From a virus (lineage: Duplodnaviria > Caudoviricetes), in the IMG/VR virus record IMGVR_UViG_3300037631_006232, positions 32,001 through 96,000 of that record: 64,000 bases of DNA. One strand, written 5' to 3'. A model generated the notes under the pieces. It did no database searches, was not told the origin of the DNA, and worked only from the letters and a program-made list of their open reading frames with translations. Each line of letters starts with the position of its first letter. Positions within the stretch are counted from its first letter, which is position 1. Positions 18,901 to 26,702 of this stretch are shown here, piece after piece. Both the position numbers and the translations under genes were made by a program.

Positions 18901-18990
18901 TACTGAAGCAGGCTTAGACCCCATTCCAGGTACTAGTATATTTTTATACAGAGGGCATGTTGTGCAAGATATTGGCTTTATTACACTCAT
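15934..18990 (-). CDS. polA: DNA polymerase family A with N-terminal UDG-like domain and 3'-5' exonuclease
   Basis: CTTCPLY..VPGMG (family-4 UDG-like start), LDFETT, NYKFD, YAAIDAD, TATGRLSSSSPNLQN, DFAGAEVR, RQQAKAIVFG, NYLVQG, TVHDSIV. Confidence 0.95.
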   Translation of the reverse strand: MSVIKPISCTTCPLYKNILVPGMGSKPASVVVLMDSPPPWANVPLAGRDGEMMKSLLTRAAKVDPTGLSKKLKASCFYMYSVSCASNLTSSVKLLKTCASNVGYSQILSSGASTILAFGPKALSFLGVKSLHSNVRGTVIEVTIGKKVFKVLPTFGLSKMFESVGVVEVACGDIAKAAKVAFGYPLDNIDVPSLLDNYDIVPPLTPYKPRPKDLEDAIALINEYCDYSAPGKTVANTMMSLDFETTTLFPWNSDGRVIAISACVAEGKALSLYVFHKLAPYSFSGIIPYIWKLLQSPHAKTWWNYKFDYGIAKHILVRQTKLAMACHSRLKANIEKVVGKPVEEIFANPVNNTKWDGMLAEHMLDEDKKGLYSLKKVVLEHYPSLAKYEEPLVEQLSNLTSDMETKLLSKSMSNSTGNRMVLSPLGSKDLESELEDIKETSKKLKRMNRLKSTPANQKVTISATIDMLANRAKYVKQVRSSVSKILRTEFSNLSGRSRIDPYHEKVTFEMVDPAIMIPYAAIDADLTYRLSTMQRIKAWKEDPKSKAIAEGRDFMMSLMSKHYIPLTEVLSDMQVEGVRLDREYLITQSAILKDRELLLKEDLLDRISTDLHRPRDSIVLNNPSDLANIMIAGYGMPSLKKTETGAHSCSNEVLAEWAKTNPIAQTILDYRSAAKGRATYLDNLLLLSSYDGRVHGNTNANGTATGRLSSSSPNLQNQPPTIAGVPIKKAFVPTDTRPTASEVEKQLCAKYGWSVGEELCVVDLDFAGAEVRGLTVYARDPGLLDALNKGLDMHSWIASIVFQQDYDAINTSRQKDKVVQTDSDKKLVRLRQQAKAIVFGLIFCIGPNKLSMQLGITPDEATGLMNMFFARFPKVEEYISGTKRKVKREGILRTPTGRARRFPLAFMGGSVGSSCQRQGVNYLVQGFTSEIVCRTLINLHARLPELNGRLLLTVHDSIVFEMPVTRLEELPAFLESAVRDFIKQEFPVVPVALPYDVEVGPSYGEAKYSIEAYCAKSN

Positions 18991-21900
18991 ATAGAACTGG
19001 CCATTTCCCAGTTTTGAATAACTGCGGTGACATCGAAGATAGTTACATCAGTAGAGCTAATCCCTGGTTTTAAAAGCTTTTTGAGGTTAGGGAGGTATTT
19101 AGAAACGTCTCTATATGTCCTAGAGTTTTTATAAGTACCGGCCACACCTTGAAGTCTCTTAGGGGTATCCTGCTTAAACCTATCTCCGGGTTTAAATAAG
19201 CTAGATAGAACTTCCGACCATAGCACAATAAGCACGTGCTTCGGTTTTCCATTTTTAGTGTAAGTGGCGTAAGACAAGCCACACTCTAGTTCTTGTAGTT
19301 TGTACCTCTCTGCAGGATCGCCAAGTAGAGATCTAATCGAAGTATACCTGTTAGGACTGCCTGGAGGGGTGTACTCTACTCTGGCAGAAAGAATACTCTC
19401 AAATAAGGATTCGGATTGTGTAGAGTTAGTTATGTTAGTTATTAGTTTAATCTTCTTCTTAACAACCCTTTTAATGTAGCTATGAGGGTCTAGACCTACT
19501 AGCTTTATTATAGACGAAGTTACTACTACCGAGTCTAGGAATCTAGAAGGTACTGCAGCTACTCCCGCATAAGCAGCTAAATTGTCTTTTACTGTAGCCG
19601 AGTTGTAATGAAATCTTAACTCATCGATGTACTTCCTAACTTTCTTAGCCCTAGAAAACATCCCAATAGTAAGGTTCCTTCTAAAATGTTGTAGAGTAGC
19701 GTAGCCGAATACATCTTTTAGAACTGTGTGGGGGTCGGGCTTATCCTCTACACGAATACTTTCTAATTGCATGAATCTGGAGATGTCTGCCTCTTCCCTC
19801 AAGCGATTTATAGCACAGGCCCATATCTGGCACTTAAGTACATAATTAGTAGCCTCAGGATTTTCTACGTTTCCTCTAGACACTGTGGATTGAGCGCTTG
19901 AAGTAAGAGCCCTAACATCTCTAAGTATGTCCCTAACAGCCCTGCTATGCCTATCTTGACCTTTGTCTTCGAACTCGTCTAAAGCAAGACCTAAACTACT
20001 ACGGTTGGCTGTTTTACGAGCACTTGCCGGAGTGTAGCTGGTCATTACTCCGTTAACGCATTCTAGAAGCCTGAGTCTAGGGTTCTCTCCAGCTATTAAG
20101 TCAAGAAGTTTAGATTTACCAGAACCTCGCTCTCCGTTTAATATGGTGTATAGCTGCCTGGGCAGTATGCCTGAAATGGCGTTTAACATTATAGCTGCTG
20201 CTAAGTACTGGCAATCTTCTACACCTCCTTCCATCTGCCAACCTAGGTTAATAGCACTTACTAAGAAATCATAAGTCTCCTCTACGTCTACAGCCTTACC
20301 CATATTAAGATCCTCACAAGAGTTTATCTCGGAGCTCCAAGCTGATTTGTTTATATTTAGTATGTAATCTCCGATTCTAGGACCTTCTAATAAAGACCAT
20401 TCCAACTCCTCTCCTTGGTACTTACCTAAGTAAACGGAGTTACCGTTTACCAGAACCCAGACCCCTTCCGTAGTGTCTCCTTTCTTTAGTTCTACGTAGT
20501 GTGCTCCTGATTTTAATTCTTCTAGAGAAGTAACTACAGGTATTTCTTTACATAGATTTTCCATAGCAATTTCTATGTACTTTTTCATTTTAACGTTTAG
20601 TTCTGTTAGAGTAAGAGGCTTCATAGATTTACCTACACTTTTGAAAGCAAGTGATCTAGGTATTCCAACAGAGGTCTTCAGCCAATCTACGGCATTTCCT
20701 AAATCTATAGCTAACCTGCCAAATAGCTCACTTGCGTGGGATATTCGTAAATCTCTAGGTTCTCTCTTTCTCTTATTCCATGCTTTTATAATACTCTCAG
20801 ATCTCTTAGAACTATCAATACCTACAAAGTAGAACTCTTCTTTTAAGGCTTGTATTATGCGGAGGACGAACCCTTCTTCACTATCATCCTGACCTACAAC
20901 TAGCTCTAATATAGTACCTAGAGATAATGTAACAAACTTACTCACTTCTACACAGTACATTCGCTGGTAGCTATAGTCCCGTAAGCAAGCCCCATTAGAA
21001 GCTATTATCCTCTTAATCTCAGAGATATCATCTTGAGGAATCTTTTTAACCGCTTCATAGGTCACATCAGTAAGCCACCTGTATGCGGCTGTGAAATTAT
21101 TTCTAATAGTGATATTGCCTACTAAGGAATTTCTAGTTATGCACTCTAGCCAAGTTTGCCACCCATACTTAGCAATAGCTTCCGCAGGGTCCTTAGCTTT
21201 AATTTCATCAGGCCAGTCGAATACAGCACAAGTTAGGTTAGTCCTACTTAAAATAGCTTTAGCTATAGTTATACCACCATGCTCTGGGTGATCTGCCAGT
21301 ATGAAAACCTTTCTAATATTACAGGTGTCTTGTAATACATTAGCTGACGTACTAGCGGAACCTCCTACTCCCAGTACTACATCGTAAGTAATCCCTTTAG
21401 CATAGTTTGCTAAATGTGCTAAAGCATCAAACTCCCCCTCTACTAATATAGCTGTCCTAGTATCTTTGCTAGAACCTAGTAAACCATGATAATTGGCTAA
21501 GCCAAAGAACCCCATAACAGGTTCACTATCATCGCTTATAAACATTTCACTTTTACCTTCAGAATTAGGTCTCATAAAGTCAGTCCTGACTTTAAATCTA
21601 CTAAACTCTGTAGGGTTTTTATGGTAGAAAAATACTAGTCCACCTATATTTTCGGGCCGCAAAACAGGTTCTGCGAATAAGTATACTTCCTTAGCTAATT
21701 TACCTGCGTACTTGTTCATAACTACCTGAGGGGCTAGAACTCCGATAGGTAAAGAAGGTATGACCTCTCTAGAAATACCTCTAGATTCTAGGTAAGTTAT
21801 GCACTGCCTAGCGTACATATATTCTTGACTCTTATTAGTAGTGTCTTGTGTAGCGGCTACCAGTATATTATGGGTAGCGTGTGCGAAGGCATTTTTTATC

Positions 21901-22259
21901 TCATTACGAGTTTCTGAGTCTCGCAGGGTTTTTCGTAGGGTTTTAGGCAGGCTTTTAGCACCATTATTATTTAGTATTATAGCGGCTTCTGACCACGATA
22001 TATTTCCTACTGTAGCCACGAATTTAAGCGGGTTAACTTCGTATTGCCCACAACTAAAACATTTTACAACTCCTTTTGCAGGAGTAACGTGGCAGCTAGG
22101 GCGTGAATCTACGTGACCTGGGAAAGGGCAATGGCCTTTTAAACTATTACCTTTCATTTCCCAAGAGCCCTTACCTAGTTCAGCGAGAATATCTCGCCAT
22201 TTTGCAAGAGGTATATCCTCCCATATATCTCTGTAGGAAATCTTAGGCATTTTTTGCAT
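18987..22259 (-). CDS. primase-helicase (CHC2 zinc finger, TOPRIM, C-terminal P-loop ATPase)
   Basis: CPFPGHVDSRPS..CFSC, LVEGEFDAL, ILADHP, KDPAE, GERGSGKS, LALDEFE. Confidence 0.88.
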   Translation of the reverse strand: MQKMPKISYRDIWEDIPLAKWRDILAELGKGSWEMKGNSLKGHCPFPGHVDSRPSCHVTPAKGVVKCFSCGQYEVNPLKFVATVGNISWSEAAIILNNNGAKSLPKTLRKTLRDSETRNEIKNAFAHATHNILVAATQDTTNKSQEYMYARQCITYLESRGISREVIPSLPIGVLAPQVVMNKYAGKLAKEVYLFAEPVLRPENIGGLVFFYHKNPTEFSRFKVRTDFMRPNSEGKSEMFISDDSEPVMGFFGLANYHGLLGSSKDTRTAILVEGEFDALAHLANYAKGITYDVVLGVGGSASTSANVLQDTCNIRKVFILADHPEHGGITIAKAILSRTNLTCAVFDWPDEIKAKDPAEAIAKYGWQTWLECITRNSLVGNITIRNNFTAAYRWLTDVTYEAVKKIPQDDISEIKRIIASNGACLRDYSYQRMYCVEVSKFVTLSLGTILELVVGQDDSEEGFVLRIIQALKEEFYFVGIDSSKRSESIIKAWNKRKREPRDLRISHASELFGRLAIDLGNAVDWLKTSVGIPRSLAFKSVGKSMKPLTLTELNVKMKKYIEIAMENLCKEIPVVTSLEELKSGAHYVELKKGDTTEGVWVLVNGNSVYLGKYQGEELEWSLLEGPRIGDYILNINKSAWSSEINSCEDLNMGKAVDVEETYDFLVSAINLGWQMEGGVEDCQYLAAAIMLNAISGILPRQLYTILNGERGSGKSKLLDLIAGENPRLRLLECVNGVMTSYTPASARKTANRSSLGLALDEFEDKGQDRHSRAVRDILRDVRALTSSAQSTVSRGNVENPEATNYVLKCQIWACAINRLREEADISRFMQLESIRVEDKPDPHTVLKDVFGYATLQHFRRNLTIGMFSRAKKVRKYIDELRFHYNSATVKDNLAAYAGVAAVPSRFLDSVVVTSSIIKLVGLDPHSYIKRVVKKKIKLITNITNSTQSESLFESILSARVEYTPPGSPNRYTSIRSLLGDPAERYKLQELECGLSYATYTKNGKPKHVLIVLWSEVLSSLFKPGDRFKQDTPKRLQGVAGTYKNSRTYRDVSKYLPNLKKLLKPGISSTDVTIFDVTAVIQNWEMASSI

Positions 22260-22264
22260 TAGCT

Positions 22265-23056
22265 CTAATTTTCTTTCTCGCAGATGTTCTTAAACTTGCA
22301 CCAAGAACAATGCCTTCCTTTCGACTTAGTAACTTCGTCTCTAAGTGTATCAGCCAAAGCATTTACCTGCAGCATAACTGGGTTATCGGGCGTTAGATCA
22401 GCTTTGGTTATCTTTCTAGGATACCATTCTAGTTCTCCTGAAGTGGTAGAATAGATGGCAGGTTGCACAGATACTATATCATACTGAGCATGAAGTAGAA
22501 TACCATAGCTTTCTAACTGGATTTTGTAAGAATCTATACTCTTACATTTGCCTGTTTTTAAGTCAATAGCAATAGCGTGCTTTGCACCATTTTTTTCTAC
22601 TATTATTACTCTGTCTACAACACCTCTAAGTATTGAATTTCTATCCCAAAAATCAGTTTTTCGTAAAGTAGGTAGGACGCCTAAACGCAACTCAGAGGCG
22701 TCTGAAATAACATTGTTCTTATTTTTAAACGAGAGTAATCTCTCTTCAAACGAGTCTACTTTTTTAACTAAAGTTTTAATTTTTAGTTTATTAGTTCTAG
22801 TTTTAGGTATTTCACCAAAAGCATATGTTTGAGCAGAAAATTTCTCTTGCTGAGATTGTAGTAATTCTGCGTACTTATGCGTAGCAGAACCTAGTACTAA
22901 CGCAGTATTATCCTCTACTACTTTAAGTTCTTCAGGTATGTAAGGCTTGTCTACGTATTGCCATACAAATTTTTGAGAGCAACTTTCTAGTACGCCCATC
23001 TTACTAGGGCTCCAAGGTCCAAACTCCTTAGCTAGTGAGCTAAAAAAAACAGGCAT
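22265..23056 (-). CDS. PD-(D/E)XK RecB/Cas4-like exonuclease
   Basis: WSPSK..LESC, GSATH, RGVVDRV, IDLKTG, QLESYG, CSWCKFKNIC. Confidence 0.88.
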   Translation of the reverse strand: MPVFFSSLAKEFGPWSPSKMGVLESCSQKFVWQYVDKPYIPEELKVVEDNTALVLGSATHKYAELLQSQQEKFSAQTYAFGEIPKTRTNKLKIKTLVKKVDSFEERLLSFKNKNNVISDASELRLGVLPTLRKTDFWDRNSILRGVVDRVIIVEKNGAKHAIAIDLKTGKCKSIDSYKIQLESYGILLHAQYDIVSVQPAIYSTTSGELEWYPRKITKADLTPDNPVMLQVNALADTLRDEVTKSKGRHCSWCKFKNICEKEN

Positions 23057-23108
23057 AACCTGCCTCCTTTCTTTTTAAGGTTTAATTCTAGCTGAGTAGG
23101 GTTATAGC

Positions 23109-23669
23109 TTAGACGTCGAAGTCTGGTAGATCTTCTACTTCTACCTCTACCTCTTCTTTAGCACTACTAGTGGCTGTGTCTACTACTGTAGTGCTTGCCG
23201 CAGAGGCTTCAATCTCAAAATCTTCCGGTTTAGCATAGCTGAAAGATACATAGTCTTTACCGTTTTTAGAAGTTTGATTAGTGGCGATTACTTTTAAGTA
23301 ACTACCTACTAACGAGGACTCAGGTCCTCCTGTTAGAGCGGCCTCTAGTTGGCTACCATCAGGAGCTGCGATGCCGATACAAGCATTAATCATAGCTTTA
23401 AGAAGCCCTAAATTCTGATTTATTCTCCATTGCAGATCATTAGAGATTGCAAATATCTGCTTTACATACTCTCCCTGTACATGGGCCCCAGTAGAGGAAA
23501 TGATCTTAGATTCAATTATACAAATTTCCTTACCTGCTTGAGTCTCTCTAGTTACTACACCTTCTATTAGTACTACATGGTTACCTGTTTTTAGGTATTC
23601 ACGTTCAATTCTTTTCATCTCTACTTGGTCCATTTTACTGGACAGGTTTTCAAAATTAGGCATTTGCAA
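23109..23669 (-). CDS. probable single-stranded DNA-binding protein
   Basis: Sits in the replication cluster, beta-rich core, acidic tail ending EDLPDFDV. Confidence 0.55.
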   Translation of the reverse strand: MQMPNFENLSSKMDQVEMKRIEREYLKTGNHVVLIEGVVTRETQAGKEICIIESKIISSTGAHVQGEYVKQIFAISNDLQWRINQNLGLLKAMINACIGIAAPDGSQLEAALTGGPESSLVGSYLKVIATNQTSKNGKDYVSFSYAKPEDFEIEASAASTTVVDTATSSAKEEVEVEVEDLPDFDV

Positions 23670-23683
23670 TTTCCCTTTCGTTA

Positions 23684-24175
23684 TTAGCAGTTAGCAGTTT
23701 GCCGTTTATCTAGTTCACTAGTAAATTCCTTACTAGGTATTGTAGGACTAACAGAGAAGTCTATCTTAGTCAAGCTCTTAATACTTGCTGTAATAATTCT
23801 TTTTGACCCTCGGTTTTTTTTGGTCTGGATACTTTCCAGAACCCTAGCTAGAGCCTCTATCTGAGGCACTAATTCATTGCGTAGTTCCATTGTATATAGT
23901 TGTACAGGACTATCTGGTAACGTAAATAACAAGGTATAGTTGTCTTCACAGTGATTTAATTCGCCTCGAAGAAAATTGAACTTGCAGTCTAAGCAGTTAC
24001 CGTGCATGCTACCAACCTGTAGGTCCTTGGAGTAGCATCCACTATCTAGATGGGACCTATTCCTAGTTATGTCTAGTATGACAAGGCTAATCTCCTTTCC
24101 GAGATACTTACTGTCTTGGTAGAATCCCAAACTCCTTGAAAGAGGTTGAGCAATGGATAGTGATTTTATAGACAT
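23684..24175 (-). CDS. hypothetical Cys-containing protein in the replication cluster
   Basis: 163 aa, CYSKD..G...GNCLDC...C. Confidence 0.6.
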   Translation of the reverse strand: MSIKSLSIAQPLSRSLGFYQDSKYLGKEISLVILDITRNRSHLDSGCYSKDLQVGSMHGNCLDCKFNFLRGELNHCEDNYTLLFTLPDSPVQLYTMELRNELVPQIEALARVLESIQTKKNRGSKRIITASIKSLTKIDFSVSPTIPSKEFTSELDKRQTANC

Positions 24176-24821
24176 CTATTATAATGATCTTTCTCGAGTT
24201 ACTATACTCGATAAAGTGGAAGAGAAGAAATTACTACTTGCGTATAATGAGCCTAGCACCTCCGAGGAGGTAAAGCACTCTATAAAATGTAAAGTAATTG
24301 AATCTAACCTTAGACTTGTATTTGGTATGGCTAAAGGTATGTGGGATAAGAAAGATCCTGATAAACTTCAGGAGCTTATCGCCAACGGTAACCTAGGTCT
24401 AATACAAGCCTTGGGTAAGTTTGATCCTTCCTACGGGGTTAGATTCTGTACTTACGCAGGACATTGGGTATTGATGAGCATGCGCAAAACATTCCTGTCT
24501 GTAGTAAAAACCCCTTTAGACCGTTCACAGCCAGTATACGAAGAAGAATCCTATGCTCCTGAAGAACCTTATCTAGTTGATTATGATCAGGGGATACAAG
24601 AATTACAAAGAACCGCTTACATAAACTTATGGCTAAGATTTCTTAGCGACAGGGAACGGTTCATTATTAGAGAAAGTTTTCTAAGGCCCGATCATACAAC
24701 TCGCAGTCTAAGGGAGATGGCTCAGGATTTAAAACTATCTTCTGAGAGGGTTAGGCAACTAAAAGCTACAGCTATAGCAAAGCTTAGTCTGTGGTTGAGT
24801 TACCATTACTCAGAGTCTTAA
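24153..24821 (+). CDS. sigma-70 family RNA polymerase sigma factor
   Basis: ESNLRLV, ELIANGNLGLIQALGKFDPSYGVRFCTYAGHWV (region 2), LSDRERFII..SLREMAQDLKLSSERVRQLKATAIAKL (region 4). Confidence 0.93.
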   Translation: MDSDFIDIYYNDLSRVTILDKVEEKKLLLAYNEPSTSEEVKHSIKCKVIESNLRLVFGMAKGMWDKKDPDKLQELIANGNLGLIQALGKFDPSYGVRFCTYAGHWVLMSMRKTFLSVVKTPLDRSQPVYEEESYAPEEPYLVDYDQGIQELQRTAYINLWLRFLSDRERFIIRESFLRPDHTTRSLREMAQDLKLSSERVRQLKATAIAKLSLWLSYHYSES

Positions 24822-25969
24822 GACTCTGATTGCCCTAGGATGATATCTTCTAAGCTGTTATTATCGTCTGGAGTGATAACCCATTGGAGTACTTTGATGG
24901 CTACTCCAAGATCCATGCTGGCGTTTATAGAGAGATCATCATCCTCGTCAGCTCCTAACGCCACTCTAGTGGTCGAGATATCTGAGATTACCTCTAATAT
25001 AGCCTCAGCGCTGCGCACTGGTTTCCTAATTACTTTAGGTTTTGCTGTAGCTGTAGCGGCAGTAGGAGTCTTAGGCGTCCGTTTTTTGCGGTCCTGAGCT
25101 TTTATACCCTCTCCTCCTGCGTCTACTGATTCTTGATGTTTAGCATCAATGATCTCTTTTACTTCGCTGGTAGAAGGCTTAGCCTCTTCGTCTCTACCTT
25201 TGGCCACTTCTAGAATCTCTGCACGAGCAGAAGAATCCTTCACATTAGATAATAGCTTCCCAACTGAGAATCCTATTTCCTGGTTATCCACAGCGGCGAT
25301 AACCTCAGGCATCTCGTCTTCTTTAGACAGTAGGGCTAGGCGAGCGTTGATAGTGTTCTCCGCTAGGCCGAATTGCTTACACAATTCAGACATAGGGGTC
25401 CCACCCTCTAGTTGAGCCTGGATCTGTCTAGCCATCTCAATAGGAGACCAGTTCAATCGTTGGGTGTTACGGATGAGAGCATCCTGACCCATTTCTAGCA
25501 TTACTTGCTTACGCACATACTCTCGGCATTGCTCTTGTAGTTCATCACTAGCGTCTGCGTTAAGCGAATGCCAGTCGCCGAAGATATCTTCTACGATGTT
25601 CATTACACTAGGACGTACTTCGCACTTGAGCTTAGATAGAGCCTTGCCGTTAGCTGTCGCTGTTTCGCCTTCTGCGATTAGTAGGGAAACAATGTAGCAC
25701 CGACGGTTACCTTCTAGAACTCTATAGTTTTCACCGTCATCAGTTTCCATGACGATGGGAGATTCTAGCACGCCCTTACTAAGCACGCTCTGCCTCATAC
25801 TTGAGATTTGAGCGTCATCTCCATAGTACTCTCTAGACTGAAGAATATCAGTGTCTCCAGGAGATTTGAAGATAAGTTTGGAGAAATCAATTAGCTTATA
25901 GCTGGATCTAACAGCCGAGCTGTCGACCGTTGGGAAGTTATCTTGCATGTTTACCTCTGCATTTATCAA
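24818..25969 (-). CDS. ParB/Spo0J-like protein
   Basis: SVLSKGVLESPIV, YRVLEGNRR (GxRR box), NTQRLNWSPIEMAR followed by an HTH. Confidence 0.85.
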   Translation of the reverse strand: MINAEVNMQDNFPTVDSSAVRSSYKLIDFSKLIFKSPGDTDILQSREYYGDDAQISSMRQSVLSKGVLESPIVMETDDGENYRVLEGNRRCYIVSLLIAEGETATANGKALSKLKCEVRPSVMNIVEDIFGDWHSLNADASDELQEQCREYVRKQVMLEMGQDALIRNTQRLNWSPIEMARQIQAQLEGGTPMSELCKQFGLAENTINARLALLSKEDEMPEVIAAVDNQEIGFSVGKLLSNVKDSSARAEILEVAKGRDEEAKPSTSEVKEIIDAKHQESVDAGGEGIKAQDRKKRTPKTPTAATATAKPKVIRKPVRSAEAILEVISDISTTRVALGADEDDDLSINASMDLGVAIKVLQWVITPDDNNSLEDIILGQSES

Positions 25970-26693
25970 AGTGTGCGCACCACTTAGTGGTGCACAGCCA
26001 AGAGTCTGGACTAGTCATAGGGAAATTGCCTCTACTTATGTTAGTAGCGACCTCTCCTATTAAGTCCGTAAAATAATCTAGCTCGCTTTTAGCGAACGAA
26101 TATCTAGCTATTCCTACCTTAGGTATTTTGGTTTTACACACGGTGTCGAACCTAACATCCGGAATATTTTCTACTATAGCGTACATAGCTAACTGTACGC
26201 TGTTTCTACAGTCGGCTTCAGACTTGGATCTCTTAGCAACTTTTAAATCGCAGATCTCCATCTTACCCGTACTATTATCTAGGTAGTCCACATACCCTCT
26301 AACAGGTACATCTCCAACTAAACTATCAAACCCAAACTCGGATTTTACCGGCATAATGGAGTTACCTACTCCCTTATACCAGGTTTTATACAGAATTTGT
26401 GAATAAGTAGTCCAGTAATCTATATCCTCGCCTTCATAGTCACATCCTACTAACATCTCCGATAGAGACTCGTGTTTAAGTATTTCGGACTCTTCCATAA
26501 ATACTCCATCTATCTGGGATTGCAGGTTTAACTCTACCATCTTATGTACGGTAGAACCTATTCCCAAAGCCACTGCTCTTGGTCTCTCAGGCCTCTGGTT
26601 TAGTACGTACTCTAGTTCGTACTGTTTTGGGCAATTTAAGTATTTTGTAACTTGGCTAGCTGATAAGTAGTTTCTAGGTAAGTCGTAACCCAT
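25938..26693 (-). CDS. second PD-(D/E)XK RecB/Cas4-like nuclease
   Basis: YLSASQV..YLNCPKQY, GSTVH, RGYVDY, ICDLK, QLAMY, CTTKWCAHFDKC. Confidence 0.88.
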   Translation of the reverse strand: MGYDLPRNYLSASQVTKYLNCPKQYELEYVLNQRPERPRAVALGIGSTVHKMVELNLQSQIDGVFMEESEILKHESLSEMLVGCDYEGEDIDYWTTYSQILYKTWYKGVGNSIMPVKSEFGFDSLVGDVPVRGYVDYLDNSTGKMEICDLKVAKRSKSEADCRNSVQLAMYAIVENIPDVRFDTVCKTKIPKVGIARYSFAKSELDYFTDLIGEVATNISRGNFPMTSPDSWLCTTKWCAHFDKCRGKHAR

Positions 26694-26702
26694 GGGGCCT
26701 CC

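Noticed and set aside
22265-26693. CRISPR-Cas locus
   Set aside because: Solo Cas4-like nucleases are common in phages, and no other cas genes or repeats are present.
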